Assembly (NCBI GenBank): GCA_036867785.1
Contig: CP145409.1
Coordinates: 1,922,001 to 1,986,000 of the forward strand
Direction of reading: 5' to 3'
Source of the DNA: Plasmodiophora brassicae
Taxonomy: Eukaryota
DNA length: 64,000 bases
Shown here one piece after another: positions 23,745 through 35,610 of this stretch. How positions within the stretch are numbered: the stretch's first letter is position 1; each line of letters opens with the position of its first letter. The position numbers and the translations under genes are program-made. The notes under the pieces are model-generated. The model saw only the letters and a list, made by a program, of their open reading frames with translations. It was not told where the DNA came from and made no database searches.

Positions 23745-25109
23745 ATGGAGGCACAGGTCGTCGCCACATGGAGCGTTATCCTGGCGTTGAACTGCCTTTG
23801 GGTGATTCCCGCGGTTCATATGTGGAACCGACGGCACCTGGAGCCGATTCGCAGCCGGCGCCCGCGCTTGCTGCTGGCTACCGCGTACCTGACTTGCATG
23901 TTCGTTATATGGGAATGCGTTGTGCCCATCTTTCGAGACCGGATCACAGTCGCCGCCTACGGGTTCGTCACCGGGTTCTTCCTCGCGGCGTGCATCGAAA
24001 CGTTCACGTTCTTCTGCTTCTCATTGTACGTCGCCTACCGCCGCACGCTGAACCAGATCAGGTTTGGCGGCGAATCGTCAGACGCGAAAAGTCGTCAATG
24101 GCTCCTGGTGTCGAACTGGCTCCTGCAAGATCGCGTCGCCCTCATGTGGGTCACCGCACAATCCCTGGTCCTGTTCGCCATTCAGCTCGCCTACCTGTCC
24201 CACTACCCAAAACTATGGAATATGTCTGTTCGTGCAGGCGAGGAGGACCCGATCGCCAGCGGCAGCAGCGCGTTCCGTAACATCGCTGTCTTCCGCGTCA
24301 TGGCCACAATCGTCATCGCTATCGTTGTTTCCGTCCTGTTACGTGGCGTCCGGGACGCCTTCGGTACGGTTGAAATGATGAAGAAGGCGGGCCTGTCAGG
24401 AGTGGTCGGCTTAGGCCTATTCGCTGCGTTTGGAAAAATCCTGGCGCAAATCACAACGCTGGATATCCCGTCGATGATAACCGTCGTTACGATTAACTCG
24501 TCTCTTTGGTGGATCCTGGCCCGTCCGGTTATGGATACGCGCCGTGTGATCGGGGCAACAACTTCCCATACTTCGAGAATTGAACGCAACAAGGAGGCGT
24601 TTGAGAAGTTTCTGACGACGCCCGAAGGGTTCACAGCGTTTAAGGCTCATTTGCAGACAGAGTTCTCTGTTGAGTCCTTATTGTTCTGGGCGGCCGTGCG
24701 CAAGTTCAGGAGCGAATTCACGAAAGAAAACGGGTTGTCGGCTGCCCGATCCATCTACAACGACTTCCTGGCTCTCGATGCTCCGTTGCAGATTAACGTC
24801 TCCGGGTCGTCGTTGAACCATTTCAAGGGCATATTCGAAAAAGCGGGCAGCGACCAGGCCGTCAACGCCAACATGTTCGATAACGCGTCGGACCAGATGA
24901 TTGACCTCATGGAAGCCAACTCCCTTGCACGGTTCAGGAACTCAAATCAGGGCCGCCTGTGGACAAAATTCAAGGAGAAGCACGTGCCGATGCAAGTTGT
25001 TCTGTCCGAGGCGGCGACAGAAGAGCTCATCCGACACCCTAGCAGCGTTCCGCCTGCAGGTATCAGCACGAGTACCCTGCAGCCGGCCGTTGTCCAAGCC
25101 AAACAGTGA
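23745..25109 (+). CDS. 7TM-RGS protein, paralogue 2
   Basis: Clear paralogue of 16238-17656 (WSVILALNCLW, RRHLEPIRSRRP, FTFFCFSLYVAYRRT, AFKAHLQTEFSVESLLFW). Intronless. Confidence 0.9.
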   Translation: MEAQVVATWSVILALNCLWVIPAVHMWNRRHLEPIRSRRPRLLLATAYLTCMFVIWECVVPIFRDRITVAAYGFVTGFFLAACIETFTFFCFSLYVAYRRTLNQIRFGGESSDAKSRQWLLVSNWLLQDRVALMWVTAQSLVLFAIQLAYLSHYPKLWNMSVRAGEEDPIASGSSAFRNIAVFRVMATIVIAIVVSVLLRGVRDAFGTVEMMKKAGLSGVVGLGLFAAFGKILAQITTLDIPSMITVVTINSSLWWILARPVMDTRRVIGATTSHTSRIERNKEAFEKFLTTPEGFTAFKAHLQTEFSVESLLFWAAVRKFRSEFTKENGLSAARSIYNDFLALDAPLQINVSGSSLNHFKGIFEKAGSDQAVNANMFDNASDQMIDLMEANSLARFRNSNQGRLWTKFKEKHVPMQVVLSEAATEELIRHPSSVPPAGISTSTLQPAVVQAKQ

Positions 25110-25306
25110 TTCCAAACGCGTTAATGAATCCTCGACTGTGTCGGTGTTACTGGTGTTGAGGCAGGCCAGCAGGACATGCACGCGTAGGATTGACAGCAGC
25201 TGACGATCCGCAAGGTATTACCCGTTGGCTGAAAGGCGCCGCGCAGGCAAAGTCCGTGGTTGCAGCTCACCGTGCGTCTGGTGGTCGTGCGGTCAGGCCG
25301 GACGTC

Positions 25307-25749
25307 ATGGCGAAGCACCATCCCGACCTGATCATGTGCCGGAAGCAGCCGGGCATCGCCATCGGGCGCCTGTGCTCGAAGTGCGATGGCAAATGCGTGA
25401 TATGCGACTCGTACGTGAAGCCGAACACGCTCGTCCGCATCTGCGACGAATGCAACTACGGCAGCTTCCAAGGCCGGTGCGTGATCTGTGGAGGCCAGGG
25501 CATCAGTGACGCCTACTACTGCACCGAATGTACGCTGCAGGAGAAGGACAGAGATGGTTTGCTAATTCCGACGTTTGCCGTTGGTACGCATCTGACTGTC
25601 TGCCCGCCAGGTTGTCCAAAGATTGTCAATTTAGGATCAGCGAAAACAGATTTATTCTACGAAAGAAAGAGTATGTCCAGACGCTGGCATTGAGGAACAA
25701 CGTGCATTGACGTGTGGTCTGTGCAGAATACGGGTTCAAACCACAATAA
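25307..25749 (+). CDS. PHF5A: PHD finger-like splicing factor PHF5A/Rds3 (introns 25557-25610 and 25671-25726)
   Basis: [23 protein letters not shown]...[32 protein letters not shown]. Confidence 0.97.
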
Positions 25750-26138
25750 CCCTGGTGCGGTGGCATTTCGACGTGTCCGGCGAATGCCACCGGGCCATTA
25801 TTCCATCATATGTTTGAAACGATCAGCAATACGGCCCTTCGGTCAATACACCACATGCTGTTGATGCTACGGTATCAGGTCTGCTTCGCGAACTCAAAAT
25901 TATCTGTCGTACGCCCGTTCCGGTAAGATGGCTTGTAGTTGATCTGTAAGCTTCTTCCAAAGAAGTGTCAATGTACTTGCGATTTAATGCGGAATGTTAG
26001 CTGACGCGATCAGGATGCAGCCACCCGCTCGCGCGATCGGCGTTAAGCCACCGGAAACGGGAGCTGCAGCCAGTGCAGCTGCGAGCTGTGGTAGGAAGTC
26101 CGTACGGGTCGAGCCCGTCAAAACGCATCGCGTGCACC

Positions 26139-26400
26139 ATGCAGAAGGCGGCTCAGATTGAGGACAACCCGGACAAGAGCCTCGGCGAGCGCATCCGTCG
26201 CCCGTTTCTGGACCTGCATCACAAGTACTTTGGGCATCCGGTGCTGCGCGCCCTGCACCTGCGCCTGCTGCGGAACGCCGCCCTGTTCGCTGGCTCCATC
26301 GTTGTACGCCCATCGTCCGTAGCGATGTTCGGCGAGTCCCAACTGATACGTGTTCTGTTAGGTATTCCGCCAATACGGCGAGCTCCTTCTTGCTGAATAA
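26139..26400 (+). CDS. TOM5-like small mitochondrial outer-membrane translocase subunit (intron 26304-26361)
   Basis: Spliced C-terminus LRLLRNAALFAGSIV|VFRQYGELLLAE* resembles the plant TOM5 tail (KLLRA.G.FAG...LMR.YGDLM). Confidence 0.6.
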
Positions 26401-26680
26401 ACTACCCGGATAGTTTTGTTTGAAGCAGTCCTGACACCCAACTTCCTACATCAGATATCTGAAATGGTGTATTGCGCGATCAATTAATGGACGTGACGAA
26501 GACGGCCGCACGTCGCTTCAGAGGTTTGTAAAACCCCACTTTGGAATCTTGTGGTGGTGTTTGTGAGACACCGAGAGACAGAAGATATGCGGTTGATCCC
26601 GGGTTAGACTGTGGGCGGGATACCAGGAGATTGCCTATGGGGATAAAGCTACAAGACTGGAAGAAACAAAAGGTGATGAG

Positions 26681-27877
26681 CTACGCTTGGAAGAAGTGGG
26701 ACATGATGCCAGCATCATCCAGATCGAAATTCAGCAGCACATTACCGCTGCTTCGAGATTTGCCTGCAGATCGTTCTGGGGCACATGAAGATGTAGACGA
26801 TGATGGCAACGGGGAATTCAACAGAGAAGACTTCGCCTGAAGGCGTTGCACGGATCCGGTCATGGATCCACTCAAGGCCATGCTTGCTGCAAGTTCGTTC
26901 GGATCGGCACATGCCGTTGAATGGACGCCAAACAGCCGCTCGTTGGCCTCGAACATCTCCTCAGCCGACCACGATCCGATATGGTATCCGAAGGTGTCGA
27001 AATCAGACGGATTCCGACCACGATTCGAATCAACGTCGATGAAGGAACTCTTGATCCGCCGCTGATGCGCCTGCTGAATCATCGGGGAAGGTTTCGTCTC
27101 GCGCCGTCTCCTTGATTTCGAGGACGGTGCAGAGTGACACCGGCGATCCAGCACGCCCGTATCATCGAACCGCGACTTATTAGCCAGGTGCCGGTGCCTC
27201 GATATCCACGTCCGCAACTTGTGGATGAACGGCGCCACGTTCCAGAACTTCGTGTCCGACGATTCGCCCAGCGAATCTACACGAAACCATCGGATATCGC
27301 TGATCTCCTTCCTGGTCTGCGTCACGAACTCGACGTTTGAAGGCACGTTTGGAGCGATAAACAGCGACATCGACGTGCCCCTTACGGACGCCTGAATGAC
27401 GTGCTGGTCGGATACGAGGTCAGCGATGCTGACGCCAGTCTCCTCGAGGACTTCGCGGACGGCGCAGTCGATCAGGGCCTCGCCCTGGTTGATCTTACCC
27501 TTCGGGAAGCCCCACGACTTTCCCGTCCATCCTTTGACGAGAACGCAGGACGTCATCGATTCGTCGAGCATGATGGCGCCACAGACGGGTACTTTCAGCA
27601 GGTACTCGCGGAACTTGGCGAAATGCGTCTCGAAGTTCGGGACGTGCGGTCGCAGCGCGGGCGCATGCTCGAACAAGCACATGCAGAAATCCTTGAACGA
27701 GAACTTTGGAAGCACTCTCGGATTCCGATCGTGGTAGAAATCCTCATAGAACCACCAGGCTTGCTCGAGCTGGAAGAACAGACGCTCGAACGTGGAGAGC
27801 TCCTCGGCGGGCAGGTTCAGGAAGAACCGCGACGACAGATCATCGAGCGCGACGGCGAGCTCGGTCGATACCGTCAT
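26681..27877 (-). CDS. DCP2: mRNA-decapping enzyme DCP2
   Basis: Box A LDDLSSRFFLNLP...FQLEQAWWFYEDF, VPVCGAI, and Nudix box WGFPKGKINQGE...CAVREVLEETG. Confidence 0.95.
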   Translation of the reverse strand: MTVSTELAVALDDLSSRFFLNLPAEELSTFERLFFQLEQAWWFYEDFYHDRNPRVLPKFSFKDFCMCLFEHAPALRPHVPNFETHFAKFREYLLKVPVCGAIMLDESMTSCVLVKGWTGKSWGFPKGKINQGEALIDCAVREVLEETGVSIADLVSDQHVIQASVRGTSMSLFIAPNVPSNVEFVTQTRKEISDIRWFRVDSLGESSDTKFWNVAPFIHKLRTWISRHRHLANKSRFDDTGVLDRRCHSAPSSKSRRRRETKPSPMIQQAHQRRIKSSFIDVDSNRGRNPSDFDTFGYHIGSWSAEEMFEANERLFGVHSTACADPNELAASMALSGSMTGSVQRLQAKSSLLNSPLPSSSTSSCAPERSAGKSRSSGNVLLNFDLDDAGIMSHFFQA

Positions 27878-28390
27878 GCGGGCGGCGCGCGGGCTGGTGG
27901 ACGGGCGGGCGGCGCCGGCTCCGGCGTGATATGATGCGGCACGCAGCACGGCGACGAATACTCGACCCGTGACGGGTACGCGGGCCACGGTCTATGTGCG
28001 CCTGTTCTGTGGCGTGCCCTGCGTGTCGGCTGCGACGCCCCTTGCAGGCAGTCAACAACCGCAACCAAAAAAAAAAAAATATCGCGGCCTCGTCCCCACG
28101 TTGCACGCACGCAACCCTGCTGGAAAAGGCACGCCCAAAAAAATCCGCGCGGTCAGCCTGTTCCGGAAATGGCATCGTCGCTGTCTGGAACGTCTCTGGA
28201 GCGGCACTCTCCGATCGGGACGTCATGCTGAGGCATAGCACAACCTGCATTCTGAACGCCACTGCAGGAATACGCACGTACAATTAAATTGCCAATGTTA
28301 AATGTTTACACCGTGCTATGCGACATTTGAAAAACGTCAGAGTGAGACGTCGGCCTGTCGACGAGGGAGACTGCGTGCCGACGAGTTGGG

Positions 28391-30984
28391 ATGCGCGCGG
28401 TTCGCGCAGGATGGCGACGGCATCGGCTGCTGTCGACGGCGGCGGCAGGCGGGTCGGTTGTAGGGCGAGCGGATTTATCTGTGGTCACTGGGATGGTGAC
28501 GGGTAAGGTGTGTGCCGGTGGCGGGTACCTGGGTGGCTGACTGGGCCCGGGCGGCAGACCCTGATCTCGACCCGACACGTATTCGTTCGTTTTGCATTAT
28601 CGCCCATGTCGACCATGGAAAGTCGACCCTGGCAGACAGGTTGCTCGAAGCCACGGTCTGTTCGTCAGTGTGATTGCTGCCGCGGCACTGCCAGGATCTG
28701 AACTGGCTTGTAGGGGAATATCCCCAAGATAACACCTGGGCAAGAGGTTCGATGCCAGGTTGATGATGACATCGCTGTTTTCATTCGCGACGAGATCTCA
28801 TGTTTGTCGACAGGTTTTAGATACCCTGCAGGTCGAACGGGAACGTGGGATTACGGTCAAAGCTCAGCACGCCTCAATGGCCTATAAGGGCTTGCTCCTT
28901 CAGCTGATCGACACTGTTGGGTACCGTATTTATGTTGCATTCATGTGGGGCTAACTCGTTTATAGCCAGGCCACGTCGACTTCAGCCATGAAGTCCTTCG
29001 ATCTGTTTCAGTATGTCAATGCCTCGCCGCCGCATCGCTTGCTGATACAAACACTGCCCGCAGGCGTGCGAAGGGGCCGTACTCGCTGTCGACAGTGCAC
29101 AAGGCCTGCAAGCGCAAACGCTGGCAGTATGCAATCTGGCCAAGTCTGCTGGTTTGGATTTAATTCCCGTCTTGACGAAATGCGATCTGCCAACGTCCCA
29201 GCCGTCGCGAGTTATTGAGCAAATGTTCAATGCGTTCGACATAGATCCCGACGCAGGTACTGAGGTTCTGTTCTCAATTCGACGTCGTGACTCGGTGTGT
29301 CATGCATTCAGTCATTCAAACATCTGCGAAGACTGGGATGGGCGTCGCTGACGTTCTTGATGCCGTTGTCGGACATGTTCGGTCACCGGTACCACATGTG
29401 CCTACGCGGGAAAGCGGGGGGCGAGCGCTCATCGTCGACTCGTGGTTTGACGTTTACAGAGGCGCGGTGCGTAATGGTGCATCCATCCTTAACGGCTAAT
29501 GTGACTGAACACTGTGTTCAGATATGCCTCGTGAAGATAGATTGCGGACAGATATCGGTGGGCGACAGGATAGCGATATACCATGCACGGTCGGCGTACG
29601 AAGTTCAGGAAGTCGGCATTGTAGGAGTGGTAGTGTAATTGTACTGGCTCCTGCTTTAATGGGTACCATTTATGTAGGTCACACCATCAGCCGTATCAAC
29701 AGGAGTTCTTCGTGCGGGCCAAGTCGGCTACATCATCGCCGGCGTGAAGGACCTGAATCACCTTGGGCTGGGCGATACTGTCTTCACCGTAGAAGATAGC
29801 CAGGTGAAAGCGTCGCGTGTGTCGACAACTGTCCCCGAGTCCACGTTCAACAGCGTTGTTCCCCTGCCGGGATTCTCCAGACCCAAATCGATGGTCTGGG
29901 CATCAGTCTACCCAGTTGACTCTGACGACTTTGATGCACTCCAGGACGCGTTCAGTAAGCTGACTATGAATGACATCAGCCTGCATGTGAAAAAGGAGAT
30001 CTCACTGGCGCTTGGTACCGGATTCAGATGCGGGCTGCTGGGAGGTTTGGGATTATCGAATGTCGTTATTGTCGAAGCTCACTCTCACGTACAGTTTTGC
30101 ACCTGGAAGTTCTCAAGGATCGGTTGCAAACTGAGTTCGGCATTGACACAATCGTGACAGCGCCAATTGTCCCGTATACCGCCATCATGAACAGCGGCGA
30201 CGAAATCATCGTCTCGACGCCGAGTGATTTCCCCGACCCTGCCAAAGTTCGCGAATACTTCGAACCGTTCATTATGGCGACAATCATCTGTCCTGAACAA
30301 TATATGGGACGAGTCCAAGAGCTTTGCAAGGACAGGCGTGGCGTTCACCAGTCAGTCCAGTTCCTGGATAATGCTTCCGTCCTGCTCAAGTATCGCATTC
30401 CCATGAGCGAGATTGTCAACGACTTCTACTCTCAAATCAAGTCACTCTCTGCCGGATACGCCAGTTTCGATTACGAGGACGCTGGATTGGACAAGGCAGA
30501 CCTCGTCATGCTCGACATTCTGCTCAATGGAAAGCCTGTCGATGCGCTCTCAACTGTCTGCGTTCGGGATAACAGCCACGAAGTCGGAAAAGGTACGGGG
30601 CAGGTCTTCTGCCGACGTCCTTGATTTCTCTGATGGAGAACCTCTGTAGGAATCGCATCGAGGCTGAAGGCAAACATCAAGAGGCAGTCATTCGAAGTCG
30701 TTATTCAGGTAATGGTGGCGTTCTGATCTTGATCTTTGTCCCTCACCGAGGATCGCTTGCAGGCTGCGATAGGGAGCAAGATCGTTGCTCGTGAGCGTAT
30801 ACCGCCGTTTAGGAAGGACGTGTTGACGAAGTCAGGGAAGACGGTGGGAGGCGGCGACAAGACGCGGAAAATGAAACTCCTGCAGAAGCAGAAGGAAGGC
30901 AAGAAGAAAATGAAGACCATCGGCAACATTGAGGTGCCACAAGCCGCGTTTCTATCCGTCCTTTCGTCCAAGGATCCTTCATAA
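28391..30984 (+). CDS. GUF1: Mitochondrial translation factor GUF1/EF-4 (LepA), multi-exon
   Basis: [79 protein letters not shown]. Start approximate. Confidence 0.95.
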
Positions 30985-31039
30985 CGTGGGGACGGTAAAC
31001 AACCTGTAGATCTCATTCAACCTGCGTCCTGATTTATTG

Positions 31040-32124
31040 TCACGGCCGCAAACGTTTCCTCCAGCTCTGCTTGGGCAAGTAGGCCGTATGCGGATTGTCG
31101 ATCGAATGGTACTGGTTCCAAACGTAAACGAACACGCATGCTGCTACAACGCCGGTGCCAAACGCGACTGCTGCCACCGTCATGAGGTCCCGCTGGCTGA
31201 CGTTGAAAACGAAGTCTGGTTGAAGATCGGCAAGACCGCCAGACGGAACGTATTCGCCTCCCTGCACGCATGACGTTACCTCGACTAGGCTCGGCGCATT
31301 CCCAGGTCGACGACCTCAACAAGCGAAATCAGGAGGGCTACCGGCAAGGCCACCCGAAGGAGACGGCGCATGATCTACCAAACGCGGTCGCTGATCCCGA
31401 CGTTCCGTTGCTCGATGAGTGCGACGTCTGGCGCTATGGATGGTCCATTGTGCAGGCAGTCAGTGTGTACAACCTCCATGCGGCGTTTCCTTGGATTCGG
31501 AAGAGACGGGGACAATACAGCAACGTCTGCGGACGTGAAACCGAATGCGTCGCTCGCGAAGACCCATTCCGCTGCGGTTGGAGGACGGGCCCACGAACTA
31601 GACGGTTTCCATTTAATCGTGTCATGACGACTCAATGTCGCTCCATGGCATGCGTGTACAGCGCAACGTCATCAGGCCGAGATGCTTCGGCTGCAGGTTA
31701 TCCAACCTTAATACACTCAATTCCAATGCAATGCCAGACTCGTTGTCGATGTTACTCGACCGACCTGGACCCGTGCCAGACGGTCACTGAGGCGTGATAG
31801 CCAACCCGGTCCTATACGAAGAGCACGACCATAGTAGGACACGTGATGAGTGAAAGCTGCGTGTTGACTGCCGAACGTCGTCGGTGGTTCAAATACGTCG
31901 TCGCCATGCTCGCAAACAATCGCGAGCGCACGTATGGCGGGTGAACCGCAACTTTCGTCAAGGTGCAACCATGCCATGGCCTCAAGAGTAGAAGCGTCCA
32001 GCGCAACCTCCGGACACACGTTCCGGAGACGTTCGAAGTCGCACAGCGGAACTGGCCCACGTCCTGCAGTGTCGCTGTTAAGATGCGCGCCAGTCCCAGT
32101 CCTGTCGCCACACCGGGACATAAA
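31040..32124 (-). CDS. Hypothetical multi-exon protein with a C-terminal transmembrane helix
   Basis: Successive minus-strand ORFs 31717-32175, 31375-31635 and 31040-31267. The last has the TM segment LMTVAAVAFGTGVVAACVFVYVW. Exon joins not verified. Confidence 0.4.
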
Positions 32125-32208
32125 TTGTGCGTCACTGTTGCTCAGTGGCGCATTTTGAACGTCGGCCACGCCCACGTCTACCGGCTACGTCTTGTCCAAA
32201 CGGGAAAA

Positions 32209-33051
32209 ATGGTGATGGAGAAAGGGACGACGGACGCGAAGGCCATGACCTTCATCGTCGGGCGCACGATGGTGGAAGACCCGGTGCTTGCTGAGTGCCG
32301 GGACTATACCCAGTCGGCGTTGAACAAGGCAAGCCCGATGCTACTGTCCCCCGATGTCGGCCAGTTCCTGAAAACTGTGGCCGCACTGACGAACGCCAAG
32401 GTAGCCAATGCGAACCACAGCAGCACGAGTGCGGCCTTCCACCGGTAACAATTTTACAGAACGTGATTGAGATTGGAACGTTCACGGGCTATTCGACACT
32501 GGCCATGGCTCAAGCACTTCCTGACGACGGCCGTGTATGAGCCCGTCGATTTGCTTTGGCGTCCGTATACTGATTGCTTTACATTCAGATTGTTGCTATG
32601 GATGTTTCGAAGGAGTTCACCGATGTCGGAAAGCGCTTCTGGAAGAAAGCCAAGGTCGACCACAAGATCAGTTAGGGTCACCCGCTCTTCCGTTGCTCGG
32701 GCAAACGCTGATTATATTTGCTGTACAGATCTCGTTCTGGGTCCTGCGTTAGACACGCTCCGCGAGCTGAATGCCGACCCGAAGAACGCGGGTGCGTTCG
32801 ACCTGGCGTTTATCGATGCGGACAAGGTCAACTACCCGAACTACTACGAGGCACTACTGCCGCTGCTCTGCAAACGCGGCACGATCATCTGCGACAACAT
32901 GATGTGGAGCATGAAGGTTGCCAACCCCGCCATCACCGACCCGGACACGAACGGCATCCGCGCCCTGCACGACCGGATCGTCAAGGACCCGCGCGTCGTC
33001 GCCTCCACCCTCAACTTCTCCGATGGCATCACCATGATTGTCAAACTGTAA
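32209..33051 (+). CDS. Class I cation-dependent O-methyltransferase (caffeoyl-CoA OMT/COMT-like), 4 exons
   Basis: SPDVGQFL, VIEIGTFTGYSTLAMA, GPALDTL, FDLAFIDADKVNYPNYYE, DNMMW, DGITMI. Confidence 0.92.
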
Positions 33052-33256
33052 GAGGCGGGCTACATTCCGATAAACGGGCAGCACACAGAGCGCTCCGAAC
33101 GGTCCACTACTATTCATTAAGCCTCAAATGTGCGCCGGCCACGGAGTCCGTGACGGTGCAGTTTCGTGATCGTTGGTGCGTCGAGCGTCGATACGTGTCG
33201 TAGACAGCATCGGGTCGCGTACCTCGCTCGACCGCGTTAATCGTACGGGGGCGGGC

Positions 33257-35058
33257 ATGATTGACGTGATGGGCGGGCCCGTCACCGACGCCGACCCGGC
33301 GCCTGCGGAGCAGGCCCCGCAGCCGCCGCTGATCATGACGGGCAAACGGACGCGCCGCCCGGTGAATAAGAGCGCCGATTTCCTGTACGCCCTGCCGGAA
33401 TCGCCGCCGAAACGCTCCCGCGTTCCAGCGTCGTCACGATCGAAGAAGGACGTGGAGGAGATCACCGCGCGGCGATCCGTTCTCGAGCAGCGTAAAGCCG
33501 AGCTGGAAGCTTACCTGAAGCGGTTGCAAGTTGCTCTGGCCGTCGAGCAGCAGAATTTGCAATCGGGGGCCGGTACGACTGCCGAAGCGGCTCAAACAAC
33601 GAAGAAGAAGTCGGTGACGGGCGGTGCGAAACGGAAATCATTGCAGCAGCAGCAGCCGCCGCAACAGCAGCACGTGACGGCCGACACGTCGATGGCGTCA
33701 TCATCGGCTATTGTACCAGTCGACGGAGATGCAATGGGGCCATCGGTCAACGCCTGCCTCGACATTGTCGACGAGTTGCTTCGCCATCAGCATGGGCACA
33801 TCTTCGCCCAACCGGTATGAGCGCACCTGTGGGCCCCCGGCGCGGTCGTTTCCCCTGGCTGACAGGGGCTGCGCAGGTGGACTGGGTGACCATGAACCTG
33901 CCGGATTACCCGGAGATCATCAAGAAGCCGATGGATCTGGGCACGATTCGGTCCCGGTTGTCGTCCGGCCACTATGCGACGCTGTCCGGTTTCGCCGACG
34001 ACGTCCAGCTCGTCTGGGACAATGCCAAGCTGTTCAACGGGCCCGATTCGTGGGTAACTGCGGCGACGGTCGCCATGGAGCGTGTCTGGGCCAGGAAACG
34101 CGACCGATTGCTTCGTGAGCGCCGAAGGCGATCGGTGGCGGGTGAAAACGCGGCCGCGTCGCCACATGCAGTCGTCGAAGAGCCCCTGACGTACGAAGAG
34201 AAGCAGAAGCTGCGAGCGGATATGATGCAAATCCCTGAGTCGCAGACGGAAGCCATCGTGGAGGTCGTGCGAGGATCGACACCCGTCACCGCTGGCGCAG
34301 CGATCGAGATCGAACTGGAAAAGCTGCCGACCAGCACCCTGAGGACGTTGCAACGCGTCGTCGCTTCCATACTGCCGAAAGCGCCCAAGGCAACGGGTGG
34401 CGCCGCACGAGGACGTGGGGCGCCCGCCAAGAAACGAAAGGCGCCGAACGCGATTGCGCCTGCTCCCACCAGGCGCTTCGCCAGTGATTCCGATTCATCG
34501 TCTTCCGGCCTGGATACGGACAGCAGTGATGACGAAGTGGCGCCTACGCCATCGGTTCCACAACAGGCATCGACAATGACGCCTGCGACGGCGGATACGT
34601 CGTCTCCTGCGCCGCCAGCTGTGGAGGTCGTGAACGCCGACGCGTGGAAGGTCCTGGAAGCGGCTGAGGAGCCGTCGACAGCGGAAGCCACGCCGGTCGC
34701 CGAAGGCAACCCGGATCCGCTATGGGCAGACTATCAGACCATGAGCGCCGAGGCCATGCAGCGGGAGAAGCAGAGGTAACGATACTGATCGTTGGCCAAC
34801 GTTGCCAACGCTAACGTCTCCCAACTCAGACGAGCTGGTGAAGAGGCGCGACGTGCCGCTCAGGAGCGGATCGCCGCCGAGAGGGCATCTGCCGAAGCAG
34901 AGGCTCGGCGTAAAGCGGAAGAAGCCGAAGCTGAACGTGCGAGACGATTGGAAGCCGAACGAGAGGCAGCCCGCATTGCCCTGGAGCGCGACGGGGACGC
35001 CGACGCCGACGACATGGACGAAGACGGCTCCGACGTCCTGAACATGTTCCGGTCGTGA
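33257..35058 (+). CDS. Bromodomain + extra-terminal (ET) domain protein (BET/GTE-like)
   Basis: HIFAQPV|DW...LPDYPEIIKKPMDLGTI...LVWDNAKLFN. ET domain PLTYEEKQKL...IEIELEKLPTSTLRTL. Serine/acidic tract and a C-terminal E/R/A coiled coil. Confidence 0.9.
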
Positions 35059-35331
35059 TCATGGTCCCGTTGTTCCCTGCTCGGTCGCTGGCTGTCGAGC
35101 AGAGCCCACCGTTCCTGAGCGTTCCCCAAACGGCGGACGTGGCCCCTGCACTTAGCTAGTGTTAATCTTAATTTGATCTCAGTTTAGAAACGTCGATCTG
35201 CTGCCCGTGTGCTCCATAGCGTAACGTTGTAGGTGGCGACCGCGGCCTCCAGCTGGGAAGGACGTCGTGCCGACCGGCTCCTCCCACAGTAGTACTGCTG
35301 AGTCGGAGAGCGTCTCTTCTCCCGCGAGACG

Positions 35332-35610
35332 ATGCAGCGGTCGCTCGACGCCATGGAGCTGGATATTGACTCGATCATCAAGTCGCGGGGCAGATGCGAT
35401 AACGCGTACGTTCGCGTGCTGGGCGTTCTGGCCGCCCTCATTGTCGCCGTCGTCGTCTTCGACTACTTCCTGGCCAGCAAGTCCCACACAGCAATTCTGT
35501 TCGAAACCCGCCAGGAAGGTGTCGCCGACAACGAGGAGGTGGGGGAGACTGTCGTCGACGAAGAAGGTGATGTGTGGGTTCGCCGATCGACGCTAGAACG
35601 CTCAGCCTAA
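35332..35610 (+). CDS. Small hypothetical single-pass membrane protein
   Basis: 92-aa ORF with the TM segment VLGVLAALIVAVVVFDYFL and an acidic C-terminus. Confidence 0.4.
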   Translation: MQRSLDAMELDIDSIIKSRGRCDNAYVRVLGVLAALIVAVVVFDYFLASKSHTAILFETRQEGVADNEEVGETVVDEEGDVWVRRSTLERSA

